From: Anthoceros angustus
Taxonomy: Eukaryota > Plantae > Anthocerotophyta
Reading direction: 5' to 3'
DNA: 64,000 nt
Assembly: GCA_010909165.1 (NCBI GenBank)
Contig: MU008200.1
Span: 433,724 to 497,723 of the forward strand
Position numbers and translations under genes: made by a program. The notes under the pieces are model-generated. The model worked only from the letters and a program-made list of their open reading frames with translations. It was not told the DNA's origin and did no database searches. Shown here in pieces: positions 49,091 to 61,838 of the stretch (within the stretch, counting starts at the first letter, position 1; the number at the start of each line of letters is the position of its first letter).

Positions 49091-49749
49091 TCGGGACTTT
49101 AGTGATCATGTTGAGGCAGTGAAGTAGCAAAAGTCAGTGAAGACGGGGAAGGCAACCGCGAGCTTAAGAAGGATGACACAGCCATTACCGAAGGTGAGAT
49201 TTGTTATACTCTCTCTAAGGAGTTCAGTTCGATTTTCCTCCGACGAGAACATGTCGCAGATATTTATTTTTGTGCTGGTCCTGACAGGTGCTTCTGCATC
49301 AGCAGAACAAAGTTCTCCTTGATTCCCGTGGGCACCGGTGTTGCGCATCTGAAGGATTTAGGTGCTACGGGGTATATTTTTCAGACCAACTTGGACTGGC
49401 TACCTCATAGGCCTTGTCCATACCCCAAAATGTGTTTACCACGTTGTATTTGTACGTAATAGAACGCTAGCGTATGGTAGTCGAAGAAGGTGGAAAACGC
49501 CCCGGTGTTCTCAATCTTAAGTCATTCTGATCTTGGAAAGGACATTCCGGCTTTACGTGGCTGGAATGGAGTTTCTGAATGGCAATTACGTGAACCTTTC
49601 GCTTGGACTGGCGTCCTGCTAGCTCGGTCCCCGCAAGGAAAACGAGACCCTTTGTTGGGAAGGAAAAGGAGATCCGTTGTAGGGAACAATAATATCCTTG
49701 GTACGAAACAATGAATAACGAGATCTTGGCAAGGATCAACGCGTTTTAT

Positions 49750-51301
49750 TAGGGTGACCTACCGGCTCCGAAAAACGAAGACTTAGTGACTCCAAAAAAA
49801 AAAGGAGCCGTTACGGGGTGGCCCCTCCGTTTACGGGATCCGTTGGGAGACCGGCACTGGCGAGCCTCACCGGTCACCCGGTGTGACCTTGCCCTCCACG
49901 TTCTCTCTCCTGCCTCCCCGTTACCCTTCCTTGTTACGTATCCCCGTTACCCTTCCCTGTTACGTATCCCCGTTACCCCATGCATTCCCCTTTCCGTTCT
50001 CACTCCGTCTCTTCCTTCCCTTCCATGTCCAAATGGCTTAGGCTAAATGGACACACATTTATAAGAATGTCGTTATTAAGTATCCTGCGTTTGGATCGGT
50101 ACTTAGATAGGATGCCTAAAGGAAATGGATGCCCTTGGTGCAAGTAGCTTATGCATACCATGGTACAAGTTGTTAAGTACCAAGTCCCATGACGGAAATC
50201 CATCCTTAGTGGACTTAAATAAAATTCTTCTTTTTCTTCTTCGCCCTCTCCTTCTCTCCTCCTCTCCTTCCTTCTCGTCTTTTCTCTTCTTTCCACTCTT
50301 TACTTTTACCCTTCCCATCACCACGTCTATTCCAAAAGGCGCCTACGACCTCCCTCCGTCGTTTAGGTTTATTGATCTAGGTTTTTCTCTTCTTTCCACT
50401 CTTTACTTTTACCCTTCCCATGACCACGTTTATTCCCGCATGCGCCTACGACCTCTCTCCGTCATTTAGGTTTATTGATCTAGGTTTTTCTCTTCTTTCC
50501 AATCTTTACTTTTACCCTTCCCATGACCACGTCTATTCCCGCAGGCGCCTACGACCTCCCTCCATCATTTAGGTTTATTGATCTAGGTTTATTCTTGAGG
50601 CGTTGATATCAATTAGGTTTTTTGTTGATGCATTGTCCACTCTTTACTTTTGCCTTTCCCATGACCACGTCTATTCCCGCAGGCGCCTACGACCTCCCTC
50701 CGTCGTTTAGGTTTATTGACCTAGGTTTATTCTTGAGGCGTTGATATCAATTAGGTTTTTTGTTGATGCATTGATAATTGATATCATTGGTATCGATTAG
50801 AGGATTGAAGGCCTAATATAGGGGTTAGGGTGGGTCCGGCGGTGAGTCGACTTCTAGGTTTAGGGTTTTACAGGTTTAGGGTTTTGCGGCGGTTGGTCTT
50901 CCAGGTTTAGCTAAGGTTTCATAGGTTTAGGGTTCCGTAGCAATGGCTTTAGGATTTTGAGGCAGGGGGTGGAGTTTTGCAATGGCGGGGCCTGACTTTT
51001 TTATTCTAGCGGGCTTTGGCGGGGCCGTCATGTTCTGGCCGACCGCGGGCTTTTGTTCAGGATTTCGGGAGCGGGGGTCTGCACGGTGGGTTGTCAGCCG
51101 TTTTGGCGGGTTGTAGCCACTCTGGGCGGGGGCCTTCGGCCAGCCCAATGGGGCTCGCTATACGAAGCATACTCTCCATATGTTTGGTAAATGCTGGAGA
51201 CGCTTTGTCCTTGGGACCCGGTGCCCCCTCGACCCTAACACCCTCGGCCAGTCATCCACAGGTTGTTTCCTGAAATTGTGTTGTTCTCGTTAGTTCATGC
51301 C
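49750..51301. mobile_element. Possible left end of a hAT-like DNA transposon
   Basis: Starts TAGGGTGACC and has seven CCGTT motifs in 49800-50000, like Ac subterminal AAACGG repeats. No partner TIR or transposase was found. Confidence 0.3.
50281..50773. repeat. 103-bp tandem repeat array (3 full copies and 1 partial copy with a duplicated 47-bp spacer)
   Basis: TTTCTCTTCTTTCCA(C/A)TCTTTACTTTTACCCTTCCCAT starts at about 50281, 50384 and 50487; partial copy at 50637. Confidence 0.93.
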
Positions 51302-52251
51302 TGTGGCGCGACTTTCGCTGACGGCCAGCCGGGCGCACACAATCCCGTGTCTTTGTAGCAAGGGGTCCGTTCCCAAGAGAATGACAGGCTCCGTTTGACA
51401 CGTTTTCAACCGATTCTCACCCCAACGTCGCGACCGTCCGGACTCGGCGTGCAGTTCTCGTCTAACTACTCTGCGATCAAAAGGCCGGTGCGTTAAGCGT
51501 TTAAGGACTCGTTCGCGTCCATACCCTATCAGTCCGTTCCTCGTCCTTCTAGTCCGCTCTTCTCACCACTCTCAATACACTCAGCGTTCTTGGGAAAAGA
51601 GTGGGTGGGCTGCGTGGTCCGGACCTCCTCTGCGTTCCGCTGGGCCTCTCGTCGGGCTCTTCACGCCTCCCGGAGTTCCCAGCTCACGCCGGTCCGGTCC
51701 GACGTCGGGCAGCTGCTACGGGCGAGCAAGGGTCCCCAATCGTCCACTCCACACCACCACCGTTAGGGTCCGTCACGGGACCTTGATCGATCTCCTCCAC
51801 GCCGTGCACCTTTCGGTGACTGGGACTCACGTTAGCAAAAGACGCACAAGGGTCTACAAGGAAACGCGGTATCCACCCCAAGAGAAAGATGCTTTACTAG
51901 AGCAGCCCGCCTCTTATACTCGCCCAGGCGGCATCTTTATTACACTCTATTCTGGTCAGCTCGTGTGCCTAGCTCGCCGCCTACTATTTCCTTCCTAACC
52001 CTATCTCGTACGTCGTGGGTGAAATGTGCCTGTTCGCCTCAACTTTGGTGGCCCAATCTGACCAGGTTGCCGGTGCCCCAGACGGATGATCTGCGAGGCG
52101 GGGCCCCTTCCGAGACTACAGTTGGGCCCACCTGGCCTTCCTGCTTGGCGGTCACCACCAAATCCTCCTCACCTTCCTCTCTTGCCTCGCTGGTGGGCCC
52201 CTGCTTTGCGGGTCCCCCAGCAGGTTGCTCCTCCTGAGCAGGTCGGTGATG
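51302..52251 (-). mobile_element. Gypsy G2b fragment (3' region plus LTR), interrupted by the C5 LTR
   Basis: Reverse complement aligns with 21200-21249 plus 31515-32442. Confidence 0.8.
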
Positions 52252-55200
52252 TGTTAAATATATAACCACATTTGCTGGTTACTTAAGTTAGGTTTAGGTT
52301 AGCTTTATATGAACAGTTATTTATTCATTGTATTTAAGCTACACTTTTACATTTATTTCATAAGTTTTCTGTGCAAGTGTTTGCTCTCGCTCACTACTCT
52401 AGCTAGCCACGCTTGCCATTATTTACATGGTATCAGAGCTCTTGTGTTCAGATCCTTCTAGTTTTATACTACTACGCACATGTGATTGCTAGAAGACGGT
52501 CAAATCAGAATTTTGTACATTATCCATATTTCAAAAATAGAATATGGATTGTGTGCAATACTCTGACTTAACCGTCAAATTGCTATCTCTTGAAATCAGA
52601 GCATGTGAAATCATGCTGCTGAACCTAGCACTATTTATGCTAGTCTACTCCTAGTAACTTAGATGAGAAGGCGCGAGAAGTATAATTGGGCACGCTACGT
52701 GAAGCCAAAAATTCTATAGCTTCTCGATTTGTGTACAACACCTTCTTTGCATCTCACATAGGAGTTAAAGTAAATTCCTACACTAATTCCGCGCACAAGG
52801 CTACTTGGGTGTCGGATCCTTGAAGATGCCGGGCGGTGGTTGGCATTCTCGTTCGTGTTCAGGAGCGTTGAGTTTTCACGGGCTCAAACACACGGTGGTG
52901 GGCGTGTCCTGCAATAAACAACACAACACGTGTGAAAGCGACTGACCCGCCCTCATCATCAACAGATTTAATCCAAGACTACCCAAGGTATTGTGGCGTC
53001 ACATAGACATCTCCACCCATAGATCTCTTTGTCACAAACCTAAAGACCCTCGAGAGCTCGCCTTTCCATTCGAGAATCCATGAAATAGGTGAAACTACTT
53101 ACTTGGGCTCAAGGTGGAAATCGCTGCGGCTCATGGTGGAAGAGCTTGCGTTTGATATGCAAACTCTATGCAAGCAATTCGAGACACTTTTGGCTGGATT
53201 CATCGAAGGCGGTGGCTCTTCAATTTTTAGATCCCAATCCACTTCAAGCTTCCATGCGATTTTGCACGACCTTTGGGGCTGAGCATTGCGAGCACCATGA
53301 TAGCGACACCAATACGCAAGCAGGGGTGTTTTCGATTAGTCGGGAGATCCTCGGCATGGCATGTCGAGCATTGGCGATGGGGCGTGAGCAGAAAATTGAA
53401 GGGCGAGCTTACCTTGGCGTAACGTCTTCACACTGTTCAATCCGCGACGGTTGCACAACTTTGCATGCCTCTTCCATAGCCGCATGAAACGCCTTTCCGG
53501 CCTCCCTTCTCCCCACTTTGCACACACACAATTTTGAGCCGCATCGAATGGCGGCTGGCCCTACCTACCATCGAAGTGCGGGTTCTTCCCTCCACAACAC
53601 ACCGACGGGACATAGAGCGAGCGAGCCTGACCGGATGGCCGGGCTAAACAGCGGGGCCTCCTCTTGGTGACGGCCTCGCCACAACTTTCACCACGTCTCC
53701 ATCCCTCTTCGGCGCCGCACGGCTAGCAAGTTCTGCATCACCGCAAGCTCAAGGAACGGTGGCTAGCTCTTCCTCCAGACCCTCGGCAGGGTCTGGATTT
53801 CTTAACCCTCTACCGCCTCTAGGGGCTGGATTTGGAGCTCCACAGCCAGCAGGAGTTGGAGCTGCCATTCCTCTGCCTGGCGCCAGAGTTGGGCGCGGAA
53901 ATCCACCGCCTGGAGTCGGAGCAGGTTCTAGCGCACAAAACCCTTACCTTGCCATTTTGAGACCACCCCTGCTGGAGGCCGGGCAACCTCCACCAAGCCA
54001 GCTGCCCAACCTTTGCCTGGAAGCCTCGGGAACCTTCAGCCTGGCCTTGGAGGACTTGGCCAACACATGTTCGCGCTTCATGTGCACCAACCTACATACA
54101 CATCATAATTTAAAAAACGAGACCGGTTCAATGGGCAGAAGTATCCTATGTGGAGTGTCCGCATGAGGACTGCTCTTGAAGCCCGACATGTGTGGGACGT
54201 GGTGTGTGGGAGCACTCCTCGCCCCGTAGCAAATGCCAATCAATATGATCAGGACAAATGGTCACACTCTAATAATGTTGCTCGAGCTCTTCTCATAAGC
54301 GGTTTGGACGACGTACTTGTCCCAGACATTGCTTACCTCACTAGTGCTGAGGAAATGTGGAAGCAGCTCAGTGATACCGATGATGTCAAAAACATGGTTA
54401 CCATGTGTTCTGTACGAAGTGAGTTGTTCTCTCTTCGCATGCGTGAAGGTGATAAGGCAGCTGCCTTTGTAGGCAAGTTCAGACAGCTCAGGTCACGATT
54501 CATTTCCCTTGGTTGTACCATGACTGAGCTTGACGCTGTAGCACAGCTTTTAACCAGCCTTCCACCTAGCTATCAGCCCTTTGTGTCTAGTTATCAAGCC
54601 ACTCTTAGGGATGCTGGTAGAGCCTTAGCTCCAGGACAACCAGCACTCGTCAGTCTCACAGAGGTAATCGGAGCTCTTTACCAAGAAGAACAAACCCGAC
54701 AAGGAACACCTACCTTTTGGTGAGACCAAAGCCCGACAAGGTGCTATTTTCCAAATCTAAGCAATCGGCAAGGACCTCGTTCTCCACGGTGGCGGTGCCA
54801 AGGATAACAAATCTAGCTCTACAAAGCGTCTTTGGATCTTGTAATTGGTGTGGTGCCCAGGAGGCCAGGGGAGTGCGTAGAAGAAATCTGGAGAACCTAA
54901 AAGGCGAAGACTTCTAAACATTTGAGGCCCATAATGTCTCAAGGATAAGCCTTCTCGGGGCTAGCTCTTCACATCGACAACCTGTGGTGATGACAACATG
55001 CCTTTCGGCAGCTTCCAAACCTTGTGACTCTTGGTATCTCGACTCAGGGGCCACCACACACACCTGCCACAATCGTTCTTTGTTGAGCAATTTTGTTCCC
55101 CTTTACACAACAGAGCGTGTGCTGCTCGGGGAGGAGCTTACCAGAACAGGTCTCAAGATACTTGGCCGTGGCTCCTGCTGCTTCCAGCAGACAAATGGAG

Positions 55201-56005
55201 AGCTTCTCCAACTCGACAACGTGCTTTATGTCCCTGACATGGCCAAGCACCTTCTGTCGGTTAGTCAGCTCATGAAATTACGTCGTTTTCAGCTTACCTT
55301 CACCTCTGCTTTGGTACGCTTGCTTTCTCACGGGTTCCAAGTTTAGCCGTGGCGGTGTCCTTGAGGATGATCATGCGGGTTAGACATGCGGCGTATTTCG
55401 ACTAAGAGCGTTGGATAGCGGAAAAGTCACAAGCTCACTAGCTCAACTGGCATGGCATGCTAAGTCAGGTCACTTGCAAGACAAGCTCATTAAAATGTCC
55501 ACTCTTGAGTGCTACAGAGAACCCTTACCTAGGTGTTTTAAGGAGCTTCCCCTTTGTGAGTCTTGTGTCCTGGCTAAACAAAAGGAGCTTCCTTTCCCCA
55601 ACACTCCAGCTTTCAGAACCAGCCATGTCCTTGATCTTGTGCATGCCGACATATCTGGCAAGATTCATGTTCCATCCTTGGGTGGATCTCTTTATTACTT
55701 GACCATCACTGACGACTACAGCCATTACTCCTGGACGTATCCACTGAAGAAGAAGTCAGATACTTTTCCTTTCTTCGGGAATGGTGACCATGATTCAGCG
55801 ACAAGCGAGTTACCTTAAGTGCCTTCGCTCGAGCAATGTGCACAATTTTGTGAACTCTCAGTTTGATGAGTACCTCTCTGCACGAGGCATCACAAGGCAG
55901 CTTAGTATACCCTACACTCAACAGCAGAATGGTGTTGCAGAGCGCCGTAACCAGACTTTATTAAATATGACTCGGAGTATGCTAGCTTGGTCTGGCCTTC
56001 ACAAG
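52252..56005 (+). mobile_element. Truncated Copia C5: 176-bp LTR, PBS, 1.3-kb leader, gag, PR and integrase (cut mid-core)
   Basis: LTR 52252-52427; PBS TGGTATCAGAGC 52428-52439; RDRFNGQKYPMWSVRMRTALEARHVWDVV; SWYLDSGATTH; LDLVHADISG; QQNGVAERRNQTL. Confidence 0.9.
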
Positions 56006-56274
56006 TGCATCATCCATTCGCGGAGTGAGGCCGTGAAACACCGTCCGTCCATAGAATGTTGCAAAAACACTATGGTGGCGAGGATGGTGAGCAGCACGGG
56101 CATAGCGCGCATGCTAGATCGGCCCTACTGCTGGCGGCTTGCGTGTGGATCACAGTCCGGTGAGCCGCCACACAACATGGCTACCGTGCACACGATCAGG
56201 GCAAAGAAAAAAATGGGATCAGGCTGACGCCGTCGCCTGCAGCTTGGAGAAGAAACATGGCCCCATATGACTCG

Positions 56275-57685
56275 TGTGAGTTTGCCCATGATAAGCATAG
56301 AGCTGCACCTCTAGGTTATGTGGATTAGGGTTACATACACAAACAGTTCGTGTAGTAAGTATAAAAAACGCTTTTTGTATTGCATTCATAATAATCTAAC
56401 TATCAAGAGTTCATGCAACCTCGCTCCTGCTCGATAGTTTTCATGGTATCAGAGCCATGCTCTGTTTTCTTGCTAAGATCTCCTAAGAATGCCGAGGCAG
56501 GGTGGATTTAGAGGAAGCCGGCGTGGTGGACCTCCAAGAAATTACAATCAAGAAGGTCACCCACAAAAGCAAACAGCAACATTGCCTACCGACACGTTGC
56601 TGGACCTCTACGAGTACGAATACCCTGCACTCTGGCTAAGACGCTTTGTGGCTCAGCGGAGCACCCTTCTTGACCAGCTCACATTCTCCACAAAAATCGA
56701 GAAGTGGATCGCCTGTACAGGGAGCGTTGTCGTAGGAGAGGACAAAATCCAGATCTGTTCTTCAGACCCAGAACAGAAGCATCTTCCTCCTGCTCAAGGT
56801 AGTCTATGCCACAACAAAGAGACAGTACCATCAGAGACCCCACACAATTCAGGAACCAAACCAGTGGCAGAGCATTGGTTACCTTAGATTGGGCGGAGAA
56901 GGTGCTAACTTTAGCGCTTGCAAACAAGGAGTCTACCAAGAACAGAGTCGACAGCCTAATTTTCAACACAGAACAAGCCATCTCAGACTGCAAACTGGAA
57001 ATCAAGCAGGATATTGACTACGTGACTGAAATCCTGCAAAAGATGAACCTAAAATTGCAGGGTCTGGAGATTGGCTGCCCCATTCTGCTGTGATAAAAAA
57101 AGGGCCCATGTTCCCTGAGCACTTCCACTGCGATCGATTGGAGCAATCATGGCGCAGGAGCAATCCCAGCCAGGATTTGAAGGCGGTAGATAGAACCTTC
57201 TTCACCACTGCATCTCTTTATGCACTTTTGATTAGTCAGGACGTCACATTCACAAGATAAGGACATGACAGTTAGTCTAAACCTAATTTCTAGTTTAGTT
57301 GTTGAAACGACATGTTTTTTTTAGGGTTATGCCTATAAACGCAACTATTCACTAGTGTCTGAAAGGAAGTTGAGGAGTTCAGCACGAGAAGGGCATAGCT
57401 CCATGGTATCCCTCCTCCGGCTGGACCTTCCCAACTACCCCTCCTGCATCTAATGGTCAGTCCCTACGATTAAAGCATGAAATTGAGCAAATTCGGCATG
57501 GATACTTATCTGTCCTATAGGAACCATAGATCCGTATAGCCTCTTCATCATCCATGTCTAGATAGTCGCTTCTATGTCCTTCTATGATTCTGACAGTGAC
57601 ATAGACTTGACTTCCACCTCACCTGAAAGTCCAAATATGGCTGCTTCAAATTCACATCCAAATCCTGCCCCAGCACTATCCTAGG
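56275..57685 (+). mobile_element. 5' fragment of Copia C6: about 169-bp LTR, PBS, extra ORF, probable gag start
   Basis: CA then TGGTATCAGAGC (56444-56455); the Ser/Asp/Pro-rich frame from ATG 57574 resembles the C4 gag start. The LTR start is approximate. Confidence 0.6.
56489..57093 (+). pseudogene. Extra ORF after the PBS in C6 (about 200 aa with one frameshift)
   Basis: MPRQGGFRGSRRGG... (56489-56887) overlaps a frame ending EIKQDIDYVTEILQKMNLKLQGLEI (56806-57093). Confidence 0.5.
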
Positions 57686-57689
57686 GAGC

Positions 57690-58020
57690 GAGAAGAAGGC
57701 CGGTGGAGGTAAATGTGGTTGAACTTGTTGATTTGGGAGCACCAGAAGTTGAAATTGAAATTGCAGGTTGCTTGGTGCCTAATGTGCCGTTGGATTCGGG
57801 TTCTGGAGTCAACTTGATGACGGAGGAAATAGCACATCGACTTGGTTTCACCAAGTTTGACCCGATCCGAGTATTCCTGAGGATGGTAGACCAAACAAGG
57901 AGGAAGCCTCTGGGAGTGTTAAGAAATGTGCCAACTGTGATTGGTGGTCTCATCTTCCATCTTACCTACATTGTCATGAGGCCAGTGTCGGAACTAGGTT
58001 ATAAGGTCTTGATAGGCAGC
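57690..58020 (+). pseudogene. pol: Isolated Gypsy (G1 family) aspartic protease fragment
   Basis: VPLDSGSGVNLMTEEIAHRLG (DSG motif); inverted homologue of 59100-59405. Confidence 0.85.
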
Positions 58021-61000
58021 CTGGATGAAGCTTCATGTTGGACTCCACGCCGAAAACATTGTCTTAGGTGTCCTAGGTGCGACTTCCTCACCAACACGCA
58101 AAAATCATCCGAAATACCTCCATGAACTTCAGAAAATCTCGGAAGATAGCATTCACCACCTGAAAAGTGGCGAGGCGTTGCACAAGCGAAGGTAGCTTGG
58201 AATAAGCGTAAGTGCCCCAATCGGTTGTGAGCGTAGTCTTGTCTGGTCCTCCCTCCTCAGCGAAATCGGTTGTAACCCAGTACCCATCTAAGCGTACATT
58301 TCATGGCAGCCACCGTGTCGCTGTCCATGAAAGGCAAGAGTGGTGGTCCTTCTTCGTTGCTTCATTAAACTTCACGAAATCCACGACACACCCGTACCTT
58401 TTTGCTTCTTAGGTACAATTACAATGGGGCGACCCACTCCTTTGGTAAGCCGGATAAATCACCCGGCTTCCAAGTATTGGTCCGGTGATCCTTGGCGACC
58501 ATAGAATACTTGGGATTCAACTGTATTGCTTGATCCTTACAGTCTGCCCTCCTTCAAATCGATTCGGTGTATCCCCAATTCTTGAATTCTGTCATGTCGA
58601 TAATCTTGAAGGCAAACACATCGACATATTCTCTAAGGACCCTCTGAAATTCTTCTTTTCTACCACTCCTAGATGCACGGAGATCTTGACCACCTTCGGG
58701 TTCTAGCTCCAAGTCCTCTCTGCGTCACGGATCTACATAAGTCCCTTGGTTTGCCACTATTCACGATCCTTCGTCGGAAATCGCGATCATAGGCTCTACC
58801 CTTCGAGGCTACTCCTTCTCTATGTGCCTCGTCCTCGGCTCCTCCTCGACACCATCTACTTGTGGCGGTGTACACCAACTCAGTTTTATTCGCCACCTCA
58901 GCGGGGTCCTCGTAGCTCGGTCACCGAAGAGCTCACCCCGTACTACCGAGGTGTACCCATGATGAGCGGACTCCCCTTCATAGGGTGCCTTGCTCCATGA
59001 CACAAGCGACCTCAGCGGCCTACCCTACATGACTTAAATGTAATGCAGCTGCGGCCGAAATCAAAGACACTGGCGGTACCATACAACCAAGGCACGCCTA
59101 TCAAAACCTTGTAGCCTAGATCGACGGCCTCATGACAATGTAGGTAAGATGGAATGTGAGACCACCAATCACGGTTGGCACATTTCGGCACCCCAAAGGT
59201 TTCCTCCTTGTTTGATCGCCATCCTCAAGAACACTCGGATTGGGTTAAACTTGGTGAAACCAAGGCGATATGTCTCCTCTCATCAAGTTGACTCGAACCC
59301 GAATCTAATGGCACATTAGGCACCAAGCGACTGCAATCTCAATTTCAATCTGGCGCTCCCAAATCAACAAGTTCAACCACATTTACCTCCACCGGCCTCC
59401 TTCGTCCCCATGGGTTCGAGGATCCCCTAATCGCTTCCTTCACAATTTTGCGGGATCTTGGACTCACATAACAATTGTCTCAAGTGACCACAAATTCTCG
59501 GTCAAGCAATGCATCGAGGGAGATCTTGTCGCAATGTTTCCTCCCGTTTGCAGCCACGATCTTTGATCGGCTCCGACCTTATTGGTAAACTCCTCACACT
59601 CTTGGTCCCTTGGTGGGACTCCATGATCGTGGTTGTCAATTTCGAGCTCATTGCCTCTTCTTCCATCTTCGCATGTTGGGTGAGCCTCCTTAGCTCATCC
59701 TCCAACATTTTGCCACTTCCTTCGATGTGGAAACACCCTTCCTCCCCTCTTCCGCTTGTGGGTGGGTCACTCCCTCCTCCTACCATGGTAGGTTCGCCTC
59801 CTACCACCGTGGCGTTCCTCCTACCATGGTAGGAGCATCTCCACGGTAGGCGTCTTATGGACCTCTTCATTTCCTCCTCCTCTACCAAATTCCGACCCCC
59901 CGAGTCTGAGGCCAAGGTGAGTCGTCCCTCACCTTCCTTTTCTTCCGTTCCTCTCGTTCACGGCCTTTCCGGATTTTCGGTCTTTCTCTCGGCGCTCGGA
60001 TCGGTGGTAACTTTGGCCACCAACAGCCCGTCACTCATCTCTCCTTCACCCTTCTTCTACAATCCACAGATACCTGGATTCATCAAGAAAATCAATTCCT
60101 TCCACCTTCAAAACCCGGCGTTGTGGTCACCGTGATTGCGGTTTGATTGGGCGCGTTCCTTCGCTGCACTGTGAACCTCACCCACAGGCGTCTGAGGCTA
60201 CCCTTGCTACTCTGAACACCTTGGGTCACCAACCTTGTGCCCCAACTCCTTGCATACTTGACAAAAGGTACATAACCCATTTGTTTCGAGGTTACGGCAT
60301 TCATTGAATAATGACCAGTGTCCCTAATTATATGTGCACCATGGGTGCCATTGGCCTTTGTGGCCTCGGTCTCCATGGTCCCGGTGAGGTGGGCGTGACC
60401 CATACCTCCACGGTCTTGCGGGTTGGTAAGTCGCCCTCATCGATTGGCGGGCGACTTCCGATGTTACTGCACTTGGTAAGCCTCATCCACGTACCAATAA
60501 TCACCGGGCATGGATTCCACGTGATTCCACGGCATGCCGCGGTGCTCGGATACATTCCGGTTGGTGTGTCGGTTTGATGACAAATTGAGCAATACACCAA
60601 GCTTCTTGCGGTGAGGGTGACCTCCGTGGAGCTTGATTTTTTCGCCTTGACCTCCAATTACATCAATCTTTTGTCAAAGCCTCCACTGCAATCCCTCCTC
60701 CTGCGGTGGGCGTCTCTCCCTTCTCCATCCATCGAACCGTCTTCCCTTCCTCTCCTTCTCCAGCGTTCAGCTTCCTCCTGCCTCTTCTTAACCTTCTCCA
60801 AGTCCTTCCTCATCGTCGTTCATAGGCTTTCTCGGATTCTTCATCAGGCGTGGAGCTCTCGGGTACCACTCTCCTCACTTGCGGAAGAAGAAGATGGGGA
60901 CGAGCTGGAAGAGGAAGAAGAAGAAGAAGAGCTAGACCTCCTGGACCCCTTCCTCTTCTTATGACTCCTTCTCTTTTCCTCCTTCTTCCTAGCTCGATTC

Positions 61001-61838
61001 CACTCCTCTAATCGGATTGCTCCAATGTCTTAGTCCTACGCAATGTACCTCCATCTTTCGAGATAGTCCACTCACAAACCAGTCCAACGCTTGCTCTTGT
61101 GAGTATCACGATGTGGGTGGATTTCCGGGCATCACGCGCCGCACACTCGATCGAGGTAGCCAGAACCTCTCAACATAATCAAACAAGGACTCCCTCTTCT
61201 TCCCTACGGAGTTCTCAATTTTGCGGTGTGGTGGCGTGGCGAGACCCCGAAATCGATTGAAGGCGGCCTTCAAAGTCCCAATCCACAGGCGCACTTGCCC
61301 GGGTTGTACCACTGGGCATGCCCCTCAGCAACCCGGAAGATCGCGTCGATCGGCGTATCCTCCAGTTAGCATGAAACATGCTCAAAGTGCCTAAGCGCCT
61401 CTGCGTCGTCGCCCTTCCTCTTTTCCCAAACTTGACATCTGCTGGCTGGGGTTGTGGCAAGCCCCTCCTACACCGATTCCACTCATGATCCCTAGTCCGG
61501 ATGAGCTCGGCGTGTTGCGCCCCCCTCTTCTTTGTAAGTTATCCAACCAAAGTTCTCTGCGGAAGGGTGTTGCACAAAAATTTGAGCCTGTGTGGGATGG
61601 CGTCTCCCTAGGCGTTCGTCCCAAGATGGTGAGCTGGGCGTGATCCTATCAAGGCGCTCCATAAGATCCTCGAACCAGGCACAATTTCTCCACTTGCTCA
61701 CCTTCCTTCTTCACTACATTTCGCTAGGGTTGAGCTAGACCCATCATACGAGAAGGTCCAGCGTTGAGGAGGCCCAGTCTTGTATTTGAACTTAGATAAT
61801 CGAAGCTTGGGTGCTTCCTCCTGCTTCCTCTTCACACC
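58021..61838 (-). mobile_element. Gypsy G1d fragment: gag, protease, RT N-terminal half; heavily frameshifted
   Basis: Gag-like RESLFDYVERF (61106-61312); protease at 59100-59405; REYVDVFA and RT sequence at 58021-58400 colinear with 1-400 (+). Confidence 0.88.

Noticed and set aside
50281-50773. CRISPR-like array (also 14135-14218, 39240-39322, 42086-42290)
   Set aside because: Units are contiguous with no unique spacers, there are no cas genes, and the context is eukaryotic.
50858-50932. Interstitial telomere
   Set aside because: Only a few dispersed TTTAGGG units, not a tandem array.
56005-56270. Membrane-protein fragment on the minus strand (IFFFALIVCTVAML; PVLLTILATIVFL)
   Set aside because: Short, contains a stop, and has no recognisable family motif; insufficient support.
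15136-56455. tRNA genes suggested by TGGTATCAGAGC matches
   Set aside because: These are 11-12 nt primer-binding sites next to LTR ends; no cloverleaf or A/B boxes.
57690-59405. Fold-back (amplification) chimera of one molecule
   Set aside because: The inverted protease copies differ by several synonymous substitutions, implying distinct elements.
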